DNA of 64,000 bases from assembly GCA_013824265.1 (NCBI GenBank), contig PNNO01000001.1, positions 178,149 to 242,148 of the forward strand. The letters are read 5' to 3'. A model generated the notes under the pieces. It searched no databases. It was not told where the DNA came from and saw nothing but the letters and a program-made list of their open reading frames with translations. Of this stretch, positions 1-10,785 are shown piece after piece (position 1 is the stretch's first letter; every line of letters begins with the position of its first letter). The DNA comes from a bacterium. GTDB lineage: Bacteria; Patescibacteriota; Gracilibacteria; UBA1369; PNNO01. The position numbers and the translations under genes are program-made.

Positions 1-1
1 T

Positions 2-325
2 GGAACAAGCAGTTTTTGGGAAGGCATAGACATAAAAGGCACATCGCTAAACTGCGTTATAATGCAGAAACTTCCTTTTGATCCACCGGACGATCCAATC
101 CATTCCACAAGATCAAATCTTTACCAAGATCCTTTTTTCCAATATCAAATTCCAAGGGCAATTCTTAAATTCAAACAAGGGTTCGGAAGACTTATACGGT
201 CTTCTCAAGACAGCGGGAAAGTTGCAATCCTGGATTCAAGAATACTCAGTAAGTCGTACGGACAAATGTTCATAAATTCCGTTCCGGAAGGCATAAAAGT
301 GAATATAATCGACGATTTGGTTTAG
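2..325 (+). CDS. dinG: DinG/YoaA-family helicase, C-terminal part (5' end outside window)
   Basis: Frame open from base 2: GTSSFWEGID...KLPF...KQGFGRLIRS..D.G...ILDSR..YG, the Helicase_C_2 motifs. Confidence 0.85.
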   Translation, partial: GTSSFWEGIDIKGTSLNCVIMQKLPFDPPDDPIHSTRSNLYQDPFFQYQIPRAILKFKQGFGRLIRSSQDSGKVAILDSRILSKSYGQMFINSVPEGIKVNIIDDLV

Positions 326-378
326 ACTCCGTGTCAAGCGTTTTTAGTCTTCACAAGGTTTAAATATATTTTTCAGTA

Positions 379-407
379 TTGACTTTTTTAAGGCCGACCC
401 ATAATAT
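379..407 (+). promoter_or_regulatory. Putative sigma70 promoter of the ATPase operon
   Basis: TTGACT-17bp-TAATAT about 30 bp upstream of the first gene. Confidence 0.4.
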
Positions 408-438
408 CTGCAAGATCATGATTTAGCCTACATCAAAT

Positions 439-762
439 ATGAATACAGACCCGGTTCAAACGATAAAAGAACATGAAGCGAAAGCTCAGGAGCAGATAGA
501 TGCTCTTTCTCACGAAAACAATAAAAAGCTGGAAGAAAAAACAATCGAGTCCGGAAAAAATCTTGAAGAGTATAAAGAAACTCTTCGTAAAGAAGGACAA
601 GCCTCCCTTCAAACCGCAAAACAGGAAGCTATGAACGCTTTCAAAAAAATCACTGATTCCGAAGATCGGGATCGCTCTTCTCTAATCTCTCAAGCCTCGT
701 CTAAAAAACAAGAAGCGATAAAAAATATCGTTTCGTCTTTTGATAAATATTTAGCGAACTAA
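439..762 (+). CDS. ntpF: V/A-type ATPase peripheral stalk subunit G/H (NtpF-like)
   Basis: 107 aa charged coiled coil (IKEHEAKAQE) directly before subunit I. Confidence 0.75.
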   Translation: MNTDPVQTIKEHEAKAQEQIDALSHENNKKLEEKTIESGKNLEEYKETLRKEGQASLQTAKQEAMNAFKKITDSEDRDRSSLISQASSKKQEAIKNIVSSFDKYLAN

Positions 763-781
763 CCTAAATTCAAAAAGAGAT

Positions 782-2761
782 ATGGCTGTAATTTCAATGC
801 AAAAAATGCAACTTGTAGCTTCCACTGCCCACAGGCAGAAGCTGCTCGATGCTCTTCAGGCTCTTGGAGTAATGGAGTTAACAGAAGTTTCTCGCGGGAA
901 CGAGAGTAAGCCGGAAGCAAAAGTTGAGGCCGCTCACTCTGCGGAACTTGCGATTGCGAATATTGATTTTGTTTTAAAACTTATCAGTCCTTTTGCAAAA
1001 CATCGTGGTTTGATGGACGGACCTCTTACAATGAAAATTGAAGATGTTAGAAAAAAAGCCAAGGAGTTTGATTTCCAGACCATCGTTGATAAATGTAAAA
1101 GTATAGAAGAAACAATAGTTAATCTTAAAAATGAACACGCGTCTTTAACGGCTACTCAAGAAATGCTTGAACCTTGGCAGGGACTATCAATGCCTCTTGA
1201 TCACATCGGTTCAACAAAGAGAACTACAACAATTATTGGAACTGTTCAGAAAACTTCATTCGAAAGTTTAAAAGAAGAAATTGAAAAACTTTTGAATCTT
1301 GTAAATATAGAAGTTGTTGAAGAAACCACAAGTACAGTTTATCTTGCTTTAACTTATGTTAAGGAATCCGAAAGAGATATTAAGGAAGTTTTGATGATGC
1401 ATAAATTTTCGGAAGCCGGTCTTCCTGCCGCATCTCATGATGTACAAAAAGAACTGGCAAATATAAAGACAAGAAAAGGAGAAATAGAAAAAGATCTAAA
1501 AACTCAGGACGAAGAGTTAAAAGTTATCGCAAAAGACAACGATAATCTTCAGGTTGTTCACGACTTTTATGTTTGGGAACGCGACAAAGTATATGCTGAG
1601 CAAATGGGATATGACACTCAATATACTTTTACAATCGAAGGATGGGTCCCTGTGAAAAAAATGGAGACAATTAAACAGGAAGTTCAAAATTTAACATCAG
1701 CTTTTGAAATAACAGTACTTACGCCGGCGGAAGGAGAAGAAGCTCCGGTGGCAATACATAACAATAAATTTTTTGACCAGTTTGAAGCGGTTACAAACAT
1801 TTACGGATTGCCTCTTCCAAGTGAAGTTGACCCAACTCCGTTCTTGGCCGGATTCTTTATTATATTCTTTGGACTATGCTTAACGGATGCCGGATATGGC
1901 TTGGTTTTATTTGTAGCTTGCGCACTCGCGCTTAAATTTGTTGCATTCCCGGAAGGCACAAAAAAACTTGTAAGACTTGTGATGCTTGGAGGAGTTGTAA
2001 CATTTGTGCTTGGAGCTTTATTCGGAGGATGGTTTGGTATGACCGCAGATCAGGCTCCGGGATTCCTTACATACTTAAATGAAGAAGGAGTTAAGACTTT
2101 TAAATTCCAACTTGTAAACCCTTCAGAGGGAAGCGGACCTTTAACCTTCCTTATAATAGCGGCAATTCTTGGATACATTCAGGTACTTGCAGGTAAGGCG
2201 GTTGATGGTTATTGGAAGCTAAAACAAGGCCGATTCTGGGATGCAATGTTAGACAGTTTCCTATGGATTTACTTCCTAATTGTTATGGGAATGTTCGGAG
2301 TAAGTAAGATGGGATTATTTTTTGCAGATGACGCGCAAACAATCACTTACCTTTTATACATCGGAGTTGGAGCATTAATTCTTACACAGGGAAGATCACA
2401 AAAAAATATAGTTCTTAAGTTTTTCAGCGGAGTACTTTCGTTATATGGAATCGTAGGTATATTTGCCGACATCCTTTCATACTCACGTTTAATGGCGCTT
2501 GGACTTGGCACAGGTATTATCGGATTCGCGTTTAATACAATAGCGGGTCTTGTTTCCGGAGTTCCAGTTGTCGGAATAATCTTCGCGATAATAGTAATTT
2601 TAATAGGACACACTCTAAATATAGCTATCTCTACTTTGGGAGCTTACATTCACTCAAGTCGTCTTCAGTTCGTAGAGTTCTTCGGAAAATTCATGGAAGG
2701 CGGAGGAAGACCTTGGAAGCCACTCAAGAAAGCATGCAAATACATCGTTATTACCAATTAA
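782..2761 (+). CDS. ntpI: V/A-type ATPase subunit I (a)
   Basis: EVDPTP, FFG...DAGYG, LSYSRLMALGL, HSSRLQFVEFF motifs. Confidence 0.97.
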   Translation: MAVISMQKMQLVASTAHRQKLLDALQALGVMELTEVSRGNESKPEAKVEAAHSAELAIANIDFVLKLISPFAKHRGLMDGPLTMKIEDVRKKAKEFDFQTIVDKCKSIEETIVNLKNEHASLTATQEMLEPWQGLSMPLDHIGSTKRTTTIIGTVQKTSFESLKEEIEKLLNLVNIEVVEETTSTVYLALTYVKESERDIKEVLMMHKFSEAGLPAASHDVQKELANIKTRKGEIEKDLKTQDEELKVIAKDNDNLQVVHDFYVWERDKVYAEQMGYDTQYTFTIEGWVPVKKMETIKQEVQNLTSAFEITVLTPAEGEEAPVAIHNNKFFDQFEAVTNIYGLPLPSEVDPTPFLAGFFIIFFGLCLTDAGYGLVLFVACALALKFVAFPEGTKKLVRLVMLGGVVTFVLGALFGGWFGMTADQAPGFLTYLNEEGVKTFKFQLVNPSEGSGPLTFLIIAAILGYIQVLAGKAVDGYWKLKQGRFWDAMLDSFLWIYFLIVMGMFGVSKMGLFFADDAQTITYLLYIGVGALILTQGRSQKNIVLKFFSGVLSLYGIVGIFADILSYSRLMALGLGTGIIGFAFNTIAGLVSGVPVVGIIFAIIVILIGHTLNIAISTLGAYIHSSRLQFVEFFGKFMEGGGRPWKPLKKACKYIVITN

Positions 2762-2781
2762 TCATTTAACAATAAAATAAT

Positions 2782-3264
2782 ATGGAAATTGAATCAGGAG
2801 TTGCACTCGCGGTCGCAGGTGCTGCAATGGCTGCAGTACTAGGTGGCATCGGATCAAGCTTCGGTGTTGGACTTGCTGGTCAAGCAGGAACCGGAGTAAT
2901 CAGCGAGAAGCCTGAACTGTTCGGAAAGATCCTGCTTTTGCAGGCGCTTCCTGGAACACAAGGTATCTACGGATTCCTTGGCGCGCTGCTTATCCTTATC
3001 AAAATCGGTTTGATTGGAGGAGCTCCAATTGAAATCGACATGTCTACCGGATGGCAGTTCTTTGGAGCTGGAATCCCGGTTGGACTTGCAGGTCTTGTAT
3101 CTGGTATCTACCAGGGAAAAGTATCTGCTGCAGGTTTGAATTCAGTTGCAAAAGATCCTGCTAACACAGGTAAAGCCGTAATTATGGCGGCGATGGTTGA
3201 AACGTACGCGGTACTTGGTCTTCTTGTATCTGTACTTCTTATTTTTGGAATCAAGGTAGCATAA
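2782..3264 (+). CDS. ntpK: V/A-type ATPase proteolipid subunit K (c), 4-TM, Na+-type
   Basis: LPGTQGIYG, YQGK, AMVETYA as in Enterococcus NtpK. Confidence 0.97.
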   Translation: MEIESGVALAVAGAAMAAVLGGIGSSFGVGLAGQAGTGVISEKPELFGKILLLQALPGTQGIYGFLGALLILIKIGLIGGAPIEIDMSTGWQFFGAGIPVGLAGLVSGIYQGKVSAAGLNSVAKDPANTGKAVIMAAMVETYAVLGLLVSVLLIFGIKVA

Positions 3265-3276
3265 TTGTTTTTCATT

Positions 3277-3324
3277 TAGCCTCCTTTTAGAGCCTAGCGA
3301 AAGCCAGCCCAATAAAGGAGGTTA
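3277..3324 (+). other. Intra-operon stem-loop after subunit K
   Basis: TAGCCTCCTTT (3277-3287) pairs with AAAGGAGGTTA (3314-3324); inner GC-GAAA-GC. Confidence 0.6.
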
Positions 3325-3366
3325 CCCAAAGACAATAAATCAGTAAGTAATTAACAATTAAAGTAT

Positions 3367-3930
3367 ATGGCACTGTCGGATATATTAGATAAAATCAAAG
3401 AAGAAACTGACTCTAAGATGAGGGAAATTAACGAACAGCACGAAGCCAAGCTTTCTGCTATTGAAGCTGATTTTAAAGAAAAGAAAGAAGTCGCAAAAAC
3501 GGAAATGGACGAACAGGTTACTGTAAATTCAAAGAAGATTTTGAACAAGATGGAAACTGTAGCTAAGATGGAAGCAAAAAATAAACTTCTAAAAGAAAAA
3601 CGTGAACTTCTTGATTCAGTATTCGCCGAAGCACTTGATAGCATCGTAAATTCAGGAGAATACAAAAATATAATTACAAACCTTTTAAAAAGTTCAAATA
3701 TAGAAGGAAATGTAGTTGTTGTTCCTGCGGCAGGTAAGGAAAACGAAACGAGTTCAGCTCTTTCAGCTTCCGGAAAATCATACAAAATGGCAAATGAATC
3801 AGCCGGCATAAGAGGAGGATTCATTCTTAAGTCTGACAAAATGGAGATCGACAATTCGTTTGAATCTATTCTATACAAACAACTTCGAGATGATCTCGAA
3901 TTGGATATTGCTAAAAAATTATTCAACTAA
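3367..3930 (+). CDS. ntpE: V/A-type ATPase subunit E
   Basis: N-terminal coiled coil, GGFIL...IDNSFE C-terminus, operon position. Confidence 0.93.
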   Translation: MALSDILDKIKEETDSKMREINEQHEAKLSAIEADFKEKKEVAKTEMDEQVTVNSKKILNKMETVAKMEAKNKLLKEKRELLDSVFAEALDSIVNSGEYKNIITNLLKSSNIEGNVVVVPAAGKENETSSALSASGKSYKMANESAGIRGGFILKSDKMEIDNSFESILYKQLRDDLELDIAKKLFN

Positions 3931-3933
3931 TAA

Positions 3934-4959
3934 ATGGAAAATACTCAGTTTGCACAATCAGTAGCTTGGCTTAGAGCTTTGGAAAGTAAGCTTCTAAACG
4001 AAAATGAGCTTGAACGTATGGTTCTCGCCAAGGATGCGCGTGATGCGTACAAAATTCTTAATGAAACCGATTATTCAACTCATACAGGAGACATCGACAA
4101 TGTTGAAAGTTTTCAGGATGTAATCAACAGTGGTCTCCAGGATACAAAAACTTTAATTAACAAGATTGCTCCACAAAAATGGGCCTTTAATATTCTTTGG
4201 TATCGTTATGATTTCCACAATATGAAGGTTCTTCTTAAAGCAAAATATTCAGGAAAATCTTACGAAGATATTAGTGGTATTTTATTTACGTTTGGAGCCG
4301 TTCCGGTTTTGGCGCTTAAAAAGTATGCCATGGATGGCGAGAATGTATCCTTTGGATTGTCTGAATCAGATGAGCTTTATTTAAAAGAAAGTATCAAGCT
4401 TGCCGAGAAGGATTATCTTAAATCGGAAGATCCTCAAATGATAGACATCGTTCTTGATAAAAGATTCTGCAAAATTATAAATACACTTGCGACCAAAACA
4501 AGAAATGAATTCTTAATTAAGTTTACAAAGAAATACATCGATCTTAAAAACATAGAACTTTTCATGCGTTTAAAAATCCAAAACAGAGAAGAGGATTTGT
4601 TTGAAAAGGGTTTTGCGGATCGTGGATATATAGAAAAAAATCGTTTCGTAGAGGCCTTTAAAAAGGATATAAGCGATTTCGTGGAAAGCATGAGATTTAC
4701 AGATTACGGAACAATCGTGCGTGAAGCGGTAAAAGGATATGAAGAAGAAAGATCTTTTGTGAAGCTGGATAAACTCTCTTACGACCACCTTACGGATTAC
4801 ATGCAGCAGGCAAAACGTGTTGCACTTGGACCTGAACCTGTTTTTGCTTATTTCTGGGCAAAGAAAAACAACGCACTAATTATCCGCTCAATCATGGTTG
4901 CAAAACTTAACGGAATTGAGCCTGAAAAGATTCGTCATATTATTAGAAACCTTTATTAA
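3934..4959 (+). CDS. ntpC: V/A-type ATPase subunit C (d)
   Basis: LRALESKLL, RYDFHNMKVLLK, YIDLKNI, GPEPVFAY motifs. Confidence 0.93.
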   Translation: MENTQFAQSVAWLRALESKLLNENELERMVLAKDARDAYKILNETDYSTHTGDIDNVESFQDVINSGLQDTKTLINKIAPQKWAFNILWYRYDFHNMKVLLKAKYSGKSYEDISGILFTFGAVPVLALKKYAMDGENVSFGLSESDELYLKESIKLAEKDYLKSEDPQMIDIVLDKRFCKIINTLATKTRNEFLIKFTKKYIDLKNIELFMRLKIQNREEDLFEKGFADRGYIEKNRFVEAFKKDISDFVESMRFTDYGTIVREAVKGYEEERSFVKLDKLSYDHLTDYMQQAKRVALGPEPVFAYFWAKKNNALIIRSIMVAKLNGIEPEKIRHIIRNLY

Positions 4960-4964
4960 AAGTT

Positions 4965-5324
4965 ATGGGAAATAATTCATACAAATTGGCGATAGTTGGA
5001 ACAAAAGATCAAATTCTTGGCTTCACGGCTCTTGGAATGACAGCCATAGCAGTGAACGATTTTGAAACCGCACGTGAAAAAATCCTTGGACTTGTATCAA
5101 GCAATGTTGAAGGAGCATCGGGAGAAATGAGAAAAGAATATGCAATTATTTTTGTGATGGAAGAATACGCAAGACAGCTTGGAAAAGACGATTACAAGAA
5201 GATAAACAAAGAAGCTCTTCCTGCCGTAATTCCAATTCCGGGAATAAAAGGATCAACCGGATATGGACGGGAAAGAGTAAAGAAGATGGTTGAACAGGCG
5301 GTTGGATCGGATATCTTTGGATAA
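4965..5324 (+). CDS. ntpG: V/A-type ATPase subunit F
   Basis: KLAIVG...GF..LG, PAVIPIP, VEQAVGSDI. Confidence 0.93.
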   Translation: MGNNSYKLAIVGTKDQILGFTALGMTAIAVNDFETAREKILGLVSSNVEGASGEMRKEYAIIFVMEEYARQLGKDDYKKINKEALPAVIPIPGIKGSTGYGRERVKKMVEQAVGSDIFG

Positions 5325-5367
5325 CAGTATGAAATCCTAAACTTCACATATAACTAAACTAAAGAAC

Positions 5368-7131
5368 ATGGAAAAACAAGGAACAATTATAAAAGTGTCA
5401 GGACCTCTTGTTGTTGCAAAAAACATGGAGGGAGCCCGAATGTACGAAGTAGTACGTGTTTCCGACCATAAACTTATCGGTGAAATCATCGGTATAGACG
5501 GAGACAAAGCTTCAATTCAGGTATATGAAGAAACCTCAGGAGTAGGACCTGGAGAGCCTGTGTACTCTACGGGTGAAACCATGACGGTTGAACTTGGCCC
5601 TGGATTATTGCAATCAATCTACGATGGAATCCAAAGACCTCTTCCGTTGATTCAGAAACAATCAGGATCATACATCAAAAGAGGAATTGACGTTCCTGGA
5701 CTTGATAGAGAAAAAAGATGGGAATTTAAGGCGGTTAAAAATAACGGAGACAGAGTTGTTGGAGGAGACATAATTGGAGAAGTTGAAGAAACATCTCTTA
5801 TCACACATAAAATAATGGTTCCGCCATCTATTTCCGGAACAATTAAAAGTATCAAAAACGGATCATTTAATATCGAAGAAACAATAGCGGTTATTACGGA
5901 CGAAAACGGAAATGAGAACAACGTTATGATGCTTCAGAAATGGCCTATCCGAAACCCAAGACCGGTAAAAGAAAAGGCTGTTCCAAACAGACCTTTGGTA
6001 TCAGGAACAAGAATTTTGGATACCATGTTCCCTCTTGCAAAAGGTGGAGCAGGATGTATCCCTGGCCCATTCGGAGCCGGAAAAACGGTTACACAGCAGA
6101 CACTTGCAAAGTATTGTGACGCGCAAATTATCGTTTACATCGGTTGCGGAGAACGTGGAAATGAGATGACAGACGTACTTATGGAATTCCCTGAATTGGA
6201 AGATCCAAACACGGGAGAAAAATTGATGAAAAGAACCGTGATGGTTGCAAACACTTCAAACATGCCGGTAGCGGCACGTGAAGCGTCAATCTACACAGGA
6301 GTTACAATCGCCGAATACTTTAGAGACATGGGATACTCTGTGGCTCTTATGGCGGACTCTACTTCTCGTTGGGCTGAGGCCTTAAGAGAAATGTCCGGAC
6401 GTCTTGAGGAAATGCCGGGTGAGGAAGGATACCCTGCTTACCTTGGTTCAAGAACAGCACAGTTTTATGAAAGATCAGGAATCGTTAAATGTCTTGGAAC
6501 CGATGGAAACGAAGGATCACTTACTATCATCGGAGCTGTATCGCCTCCGGGTGGAGACCTTTCCGAACCGGTTACTCAAAACACACTTCGTGTAACAAAA
6601 GTATTCTGGGGACTTGATGCTAAACTTGCTTACAGAAGACATTTCCCGGCTGTTAACTGGCTTTCTTCTTATACTCTTTACATGGACAACATTAAGGATT
6701 ATTGGGATAAAGAAATTTCACCTGAATTTGCACAGCTACGAACAGAAGCTCTTGGACTTTTACAGGAAGAGGCAAAGCTTGAGGAAATCGTGCGCTTGGT
6801 AGGTACAGAGGCCCTTTCTCCAAAAGAAAGACTTACGCTTGAGACTGCAAAGTCACTACGAGAAGACTTCCTTTTCCAAAACGCGTTCGATAAGGTTGAC
6901 GCATTCACTCCGCTTAAAAAGCAATACTGGATGCTTAAATCCATCATGAATGTAAACCACGTTGCTCAAAGAGTAATTGAAGGCGAAGACTTTAACTTTG
7001 ATGAATTGCTAAAGCTTCCGGTTATGGAAAGAATAGTAAACGCAAAGAACCTTGGAGCTAACGCTGAAGATGATTACAAGAAACTTTGGGAAGATACTGA
7101 ACGTGAAATTTTGAGCCTTAGAAAAGCGTAA
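5368..7131 (+). CDS. ntpA: V/A-type ATPase catalytic subunit A
   Basis: GPFGAGKT P-loop, [27 protein letters not shown]. Confidence 0.99.
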   Translation: MEKQGTIIKVSGPLVVAKNMEGARMYEVVRVSDHKLIGEIIGIDGDKASIQVYEETSGVGPGEPVYSTGETMTVELGPGLLQSIYDGIQRPLPLIQKQSGSYIKRGIDVPGLDREKRWEFKAVKNNGDRVVGGDIIGEVEETSLITHKIMVPPSISGTIKSIKNGSFNIEETIAVITDENGNENNVMMLQKWPIRNPRPVKEKAVPNRPLVSGTRILDTMFPLAKGGAGCIPGPFGAGKTVTQQTLAKYCDAQIIVYIGCGERGNEMTDVLMEFPELEDPNTGEKLMKRTVMVANTSNMPVAAREASIYTGVTIAEYFRDMGYSVALMADSTSRWAEALREMSGRLEEMPGEEGYPAYLGSRTAQFYERSGIVKCLGTDGNEGSLTIIGAVSPPGGDLSEPVTQNTLRVTKVFWGLDAKLAYRRHFPAVNWLSSYTLYMDNIKDYWDKEISPEFAQLRTEALGLLQEEAKLEEIVRLVGTEALSPKERLTLETAKSLREDFLFQNAFDKVDAFTPLKKQYWMLKSIMNVNHVAQRVIEGEDFNFDELLKLPVMERIVNAKNLGANAEDDYKKLWEDTEREILSLRKA

Positions 7132-7161
7132 TTTAAGTAATTTACTAACTAAATATATACA

Positions 7162-8565
7162 ATGCAGAAAGAATATAAAACAATCAGATCCATTGCGGGC
7201 CCGCTCGTGATGATTGAAGGTGTTGAAGGCGTAAAGTATGAAGAGCTTGTTGATATCACAACAGCTTCCGGAGAAATTCGTTCCGGTAAAGTACTTGAAG
7301 CCAGAGAAGGAATGGCCGTAGTACAGATGTTTGAAAACACTCAAGGTGTTGGAGCATTTGGATCTAAAGCAAGATTCCTTGGAAAAACGCTTCAGCTCGG
7401 TGTGTCAAAAGACATGCTTGGACGTATCTTTGACGGAAGAGGACGACCTATCGACGGTGGTGCTGAAATTATTCCCGAAGACAAAATCGACATTAACGGT
7501 AACCCGTTAAATCCAACCGCTCGTGATTATCCGGATGATTTCTATCAGACAGGTATTTCTACGATTGATGCCATGAACACTCTTGTAAGAGGACAAAAGC
7601 TTCCTATTTTCTCAGGAGCAGGTCTTCCACATGCGCGTCTTGCGGCACAAATTGCGCGTCAGGCAAAAGTGGTAAAAGTGGATGATGAAGGAAATATTAA
7701 AGAAGGAGAAGGAAATGATGAGAACTTCGCGGTAGTGTTTGCTGCGATGGGTGTAACATTCGAAGAAGCCGAATACTTTACAAGTGAGTTTAAGAAAACC
7801 GGAGCTATTGAGAGATCCGTACTGTTTATTAATACTGCCGATGATCCGGTGGTTGAACGTATCGCTACTCCTCGTATGGCGCTTACAGCAGCTGAATATC
7901 TTGCATTCGAAAAAGGCATGCACGTACTTGTAATCCTTACTGATCTTACAAACTATTGCGAGGCCTTGAGAGAAGTATCCGCAGCCAGAAAAGAGGTTCC
8001 TGGACGAAGAGGATATCCGGGATATCTGTATACCGACCTTGCGACTCTTTACGAAAGAGCTGGACGTGTACAGGGAAAAGCCGGATCTATCACTCAGATT
8101 CCAATCCTAACCATGCCGGAAGATGATATCACTCATCCGATTCCGGATCTTACAGGATACATTACGGAAGGACAGATAGTACTTGCTCGTGACCTTCACA
8201 AACAGGGAATTTATCCAAACATTAACGTACTTCCTTCACTTTCTCGTTTGAAAGATAAGGGTATCGGTAAAGGAAAAACCCGTGAAGATCATGCCGGTGT
8301 TATGAACCAGATGTTCGCCGCTTACGCTCGTGGAAAAGAAGTTAGAGAGCTTGCGGTAATCTTGGGTGAGGCCGCTTTGAGTGAGGCTGATCTTAAGTTC
8401 CTTAAATTCGCCAACGAATTTGAAAACAGATACGTAAAGCAGAGCGAAAACGAAGACAGAGACATTATTAAGTCTCTAACACTTGGATGGGAACTTCTTA
8501 AGATCCTTCCAAGAAATGAGCTTAAGCGTGTTAAGCCTGAGCACATTGAGAAGTACATGAAGTAA
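7162..8565 (+). CDS. ntpB: V/A-type ATPase subunit B
   Basis: [34 protein letters not shown]. Confidence 0.99.
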   Translation: MQKEYKTIRSIAGPLVMIEGVEGVKYEELVDITTASGEIRSGKVLEAREGMAVVQMFENTQGVGAFGSKARFLGKTLQLGVSKDMLGRIFDGRGRPIDGGAEIIPEDKIDINGNPLNPTARDYPDDFYQTGISTIDAMNTLVRGQKLPIFSGAGLPHARLAAQIARQAKVVKVDDEGNIKEGEGNDENFAVVFAAMGVTFEEAEYFTSEFKKTGAIERSVLFINTADDPVVERIATPRMALTAAEYLAFEKGMHVLVILTDLTNYCEALREVSAARKEVPGRRGYPGYLYTDLATLYERAGRVQGKAGSITQIPILTMPEDDITHPIPDLTGYITEGQIVLARDLHKQGIYPNINVLPSLSRLKDKGIGKGKTREDHAGVMNQMFAAYARGKEVRELAVILGEAALSEADLKFLKFANEFENRYVKQSENEDRDIIKSLTLGWELLKILPRNELKRVKPEHIEKYMK

Positions 8566-8578
8566 TCACTGATTAAAT

Positions 8579-9241
8579 ATGGCTAAATTAAATGTAAATC
8601 CGACCAGAATGGAGCTTCTTAACCTCAAGAAGCAGATTAAAACTGCTGAAAGAGGACATAAGCTCTTGCGCGACAAACAGGACGGATTGATGCAGAAATT
8701 TATGGAAATCATCCGTGAAGCTCGCGATCTTCGAAAGAAAGTTGAAGAGCAATTGCAGGCTGCGTTTAAAAACTTCGTTCAAGCGTCTGCAATGATGTAT
8801 CCAGAAATGCTTGAAAACGCGCTTATGTATCCTTCTGCAAAGGTTTCTCTTGAGGTTGAAACAAAGAATGTTATGAGCGTGCGAATCCCGAATTTTAAGT
8901 TAAAACAGGAGGGAAACGTGCTTAACTACGGATATTTGCAGACAAGTGGTGAGCTTGATATGGCGCTTGAAGCTTTTCAGGAGATTCTTCCAAAGTTAAT
9001 TCAGTTGGCGGAAATTGAACGCCAGGCGGAAAGACTTGCGGAGGAAACGGAGAAGACCCGCCGACGCGTAAACGCGCTTGAGCACATGCTTCTTCCAAAC
9101 CTTAAAGAGACAGTTAAGTTCATTTCCATGAAGCTTTCCGAGGCGGAAAGAAGCGCCACAACAGGCGTAATGAGAATTAAGGCTTCGATAGAAAAACAAG
9201 CCGCCGAGGAAGCTGCTAAGGCCGAACTTGCTGCCGCATAA
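8579..9241 (+). CDS. ntpD: V/A-type ATPase subunit D
   Basis: VNPTRMEL, RGHKLL.DK, KTRRRVNALE. Confidence 0.98.
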   Translation: MAKLNVNPTRMELLNLKKQIKTAERGHKLLRDKQDGLMQKFMEIIREARDLRKKVEEQLQAAFKNFVQASAMMYPEMLENALMYPSAKVSLEVETKNVMSVRIPNFKLKQEGNVLNYGYLQTSGELDMALEAFQEILPKLIQLAEIERQAERLAEETEKTRRRVNALEHMLLPNLKETVKFISMKLSEAERSATTGVMRIKASIEKQAAEEAAKAELAAA

Positions 9242-9247
9242 CGGCGA

Positions 9248-9277
9248 TCAACTAGTTGAAGAATATCTTTTAGGCAT
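9248..9277 (-). pseudogene. Possible truncated HicA toxin remnant
   Basis: ATG overlapping the hicB stop reads MPKRYSSTS*, resembling a HicA N-terminus, and stops after 9 codons. Confidence 0.4.
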
Positions 9278-9485
9278 AGTTCAGCGAGAGTTTGCGTATT
9301 TCCGGACGCTCAACCTTTGCTATTTTTGGCTCTTTTTCGTTTTCAAAATAGAGCTCCAACGCCTCATCGAGATTTTTAATCGCTTCGTTTTTTGTTTTCC
9401 CGAAACTGGAAACATCGACATTCAGACATTGCGCGACATAGTGTCCGTCTTCTCTCCAGACTATATTTTGTAATGTTATTCGCAT
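9270..9485 (-). CDS. hicB: HicB-family antitoxin
   Basis: VWREDGHYVAQC...SSFGKT..EA..NL.EALELYFE. Confidence 0.85.
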   Translation of the reverse strand: MRITLQNIVWREDGHYVAQCLNVDVSSFGKTKNEAIKNLDEALELYFENEKEPKIAKVERPEIRKLSLNYA

Positions 9486-9677
9486 GTTCCGCAGGTTAGA
9501 TTGGATCATAATTGTATCAAGTTAAGTTGTAGGTTTCAATGTGTTAAAATACACCCGAACGATAACAGGTACCTTTAAAATAATTCTAAAAAATTCTTAA
9601 AATATCTGTTCTACGCTAAGTGCGTAGTTAGCTGAAATTAAAAAAGAAAAATATTTTTGCTTTATAATAAAACCACC

Positions 9678-10076
9678 ATGACAAATGAAGAACTAATAAA
9701 GGAAGCAATTCAAGTTGTGAATCCAAAAACAATCGGCGACTCCGAAATGGGAGGTGTTGGTTGTGCTTTATTAACTGACAAAAACACTATTTTTAAAGGA
9801 GTATGTATTGATACCATCTCGGGAATGGGCTTTTGTGCTGAACATACTGCAATTAGCCAAATGATCACTCAAGGCGAATACAAAATCAAAAAAATTGTAG
9901 CTGTTTGGAAAGATGAAAAAGGAGATGTTTTTGTCATACCACCTTGTGGCAGGTGTCGCGAATTTATGCGTCAAACAAATGAAGAGAATCTGGAAACAGA
10001 AGTTGTTTTAGATATGAATAAGGCGATAAAGTTGAAAGAATTGCTTCCTTATTACGATTGGTGGCAAAAAATATGA
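9678..10076 (+). CDS. Cytidine deaminase family protein (CDA/blasticidin-S deaminase-like)
   Basis: CAEH...PPCGRCRE zinc motif. Confidence 0.9.
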   Translation: MTNEELIKEAIQVVNPKTIGDSEMGGVGCALLTDKNTIFKGVCIDTISGMGFCAEHTAISQMITQGEYKIKKIVAVWKDEKGDVFVIPPCGRCREFMRQTNEENLETEVVLDMNKAIKLKELLPYYDWWQKI

Positions 10077-10173
10077 TAAAATATTTTTCTTTTTCAACTG
10101 CTTCGCTATCGCTACGCCCCTACAGGTCGCCTAACACGGTATATGCCATAATTTTAAGAATTTTTTAAACCCT

Positions 10174-10638
10174 ATGGAAAATACAGAAAAAGCTTTTAAA
10201 TGGATCGTCGGCCTTCTTAAAAGCAATAAAATTCCTTTCCAAATTTCAGGAGGATTCGCCGCAAGGCTCTACGGTTCTACCCGACCTCTTTTTGATATTG
10301 ACATAGATATTCCCGACAACAGTTTCTACAAGCTCATACCTTTTGTGCAAAATTATATAGTATATGGTCCCGAAAGGTTCCAAGATGAATGTTGGGATTT
10401 ACTTTTGATGACATTGAAGTATGAAAATCAAGAAATCGACATTTCAGGCTGCGATACCATCAAGCTTTTCAATCGTGAAACAAAGCAGTGGGAGCCTTGC
10501 GACGAAGATATCAATGATGTTACTGAAATAAAAGTATATGACGAAAAAGTACCTGTAATCAAAAAACAAAAGCTTATCGCTTACAAGAATGTAATAAGAA
10601 GGCCGACTGACTTGGAAGATATTGAAATGATCTCGTAA
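10174..10638 (+). CDS. Nucleotidyltransferase-fold protein
   Basis: GG.AA..YG..R...DIDID pol-beta motif; R..D..DI near C-terminus. Confidence 0.75.
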   Translation: MENTEKAFKWIVGLLKSNKIPFQISGGFAARLYGSTRPLFDIDIDIPDNSFYKLIPFVQNYIVYGPERFQDECWDLLLMTLKYENQEIDISGCDTIKLFNRETKQWEPCDEDINDVTEIKVYDEKVPVIKKQKLIAYKNVIRRPTDLEDIEMIS

Positions 10639-10658
10639 AATTTTTCTTAAAATACATC

Positions 10659-10760
10659 CGACAACAGCGCACATAAGGCTCGCTCGCTTGGCTCGTTCAC
10701 CCAAAAAATGCTACACTCGTTTTCGGTGCGCATTTCTTCTTATATGCGACGACGTTAAGT
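10659..10760 (+). mobile_element. attC-like integron cassette recombination site
   Basis: AAC (10663-10665) then CGCACATAAG, imperfect inverted partner CTTATATGCG, then GTTAAGT (GTTRRRY, 10754-10760), lying between two short co-oriented ORFs. Confidence 0.6.
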
Positions 10761-10785
10761 GAAATCCTCATTAAAAAACCTCAAA

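Noticed and set aside
3351-9199. Antisense ORFs over the ATPase genes (e.g. 3351-3926, 191 aa) and similar shadow ORFs across the window
   Set aside because: Fully overlap well-supported genes and show no motifs; expected from codon bias
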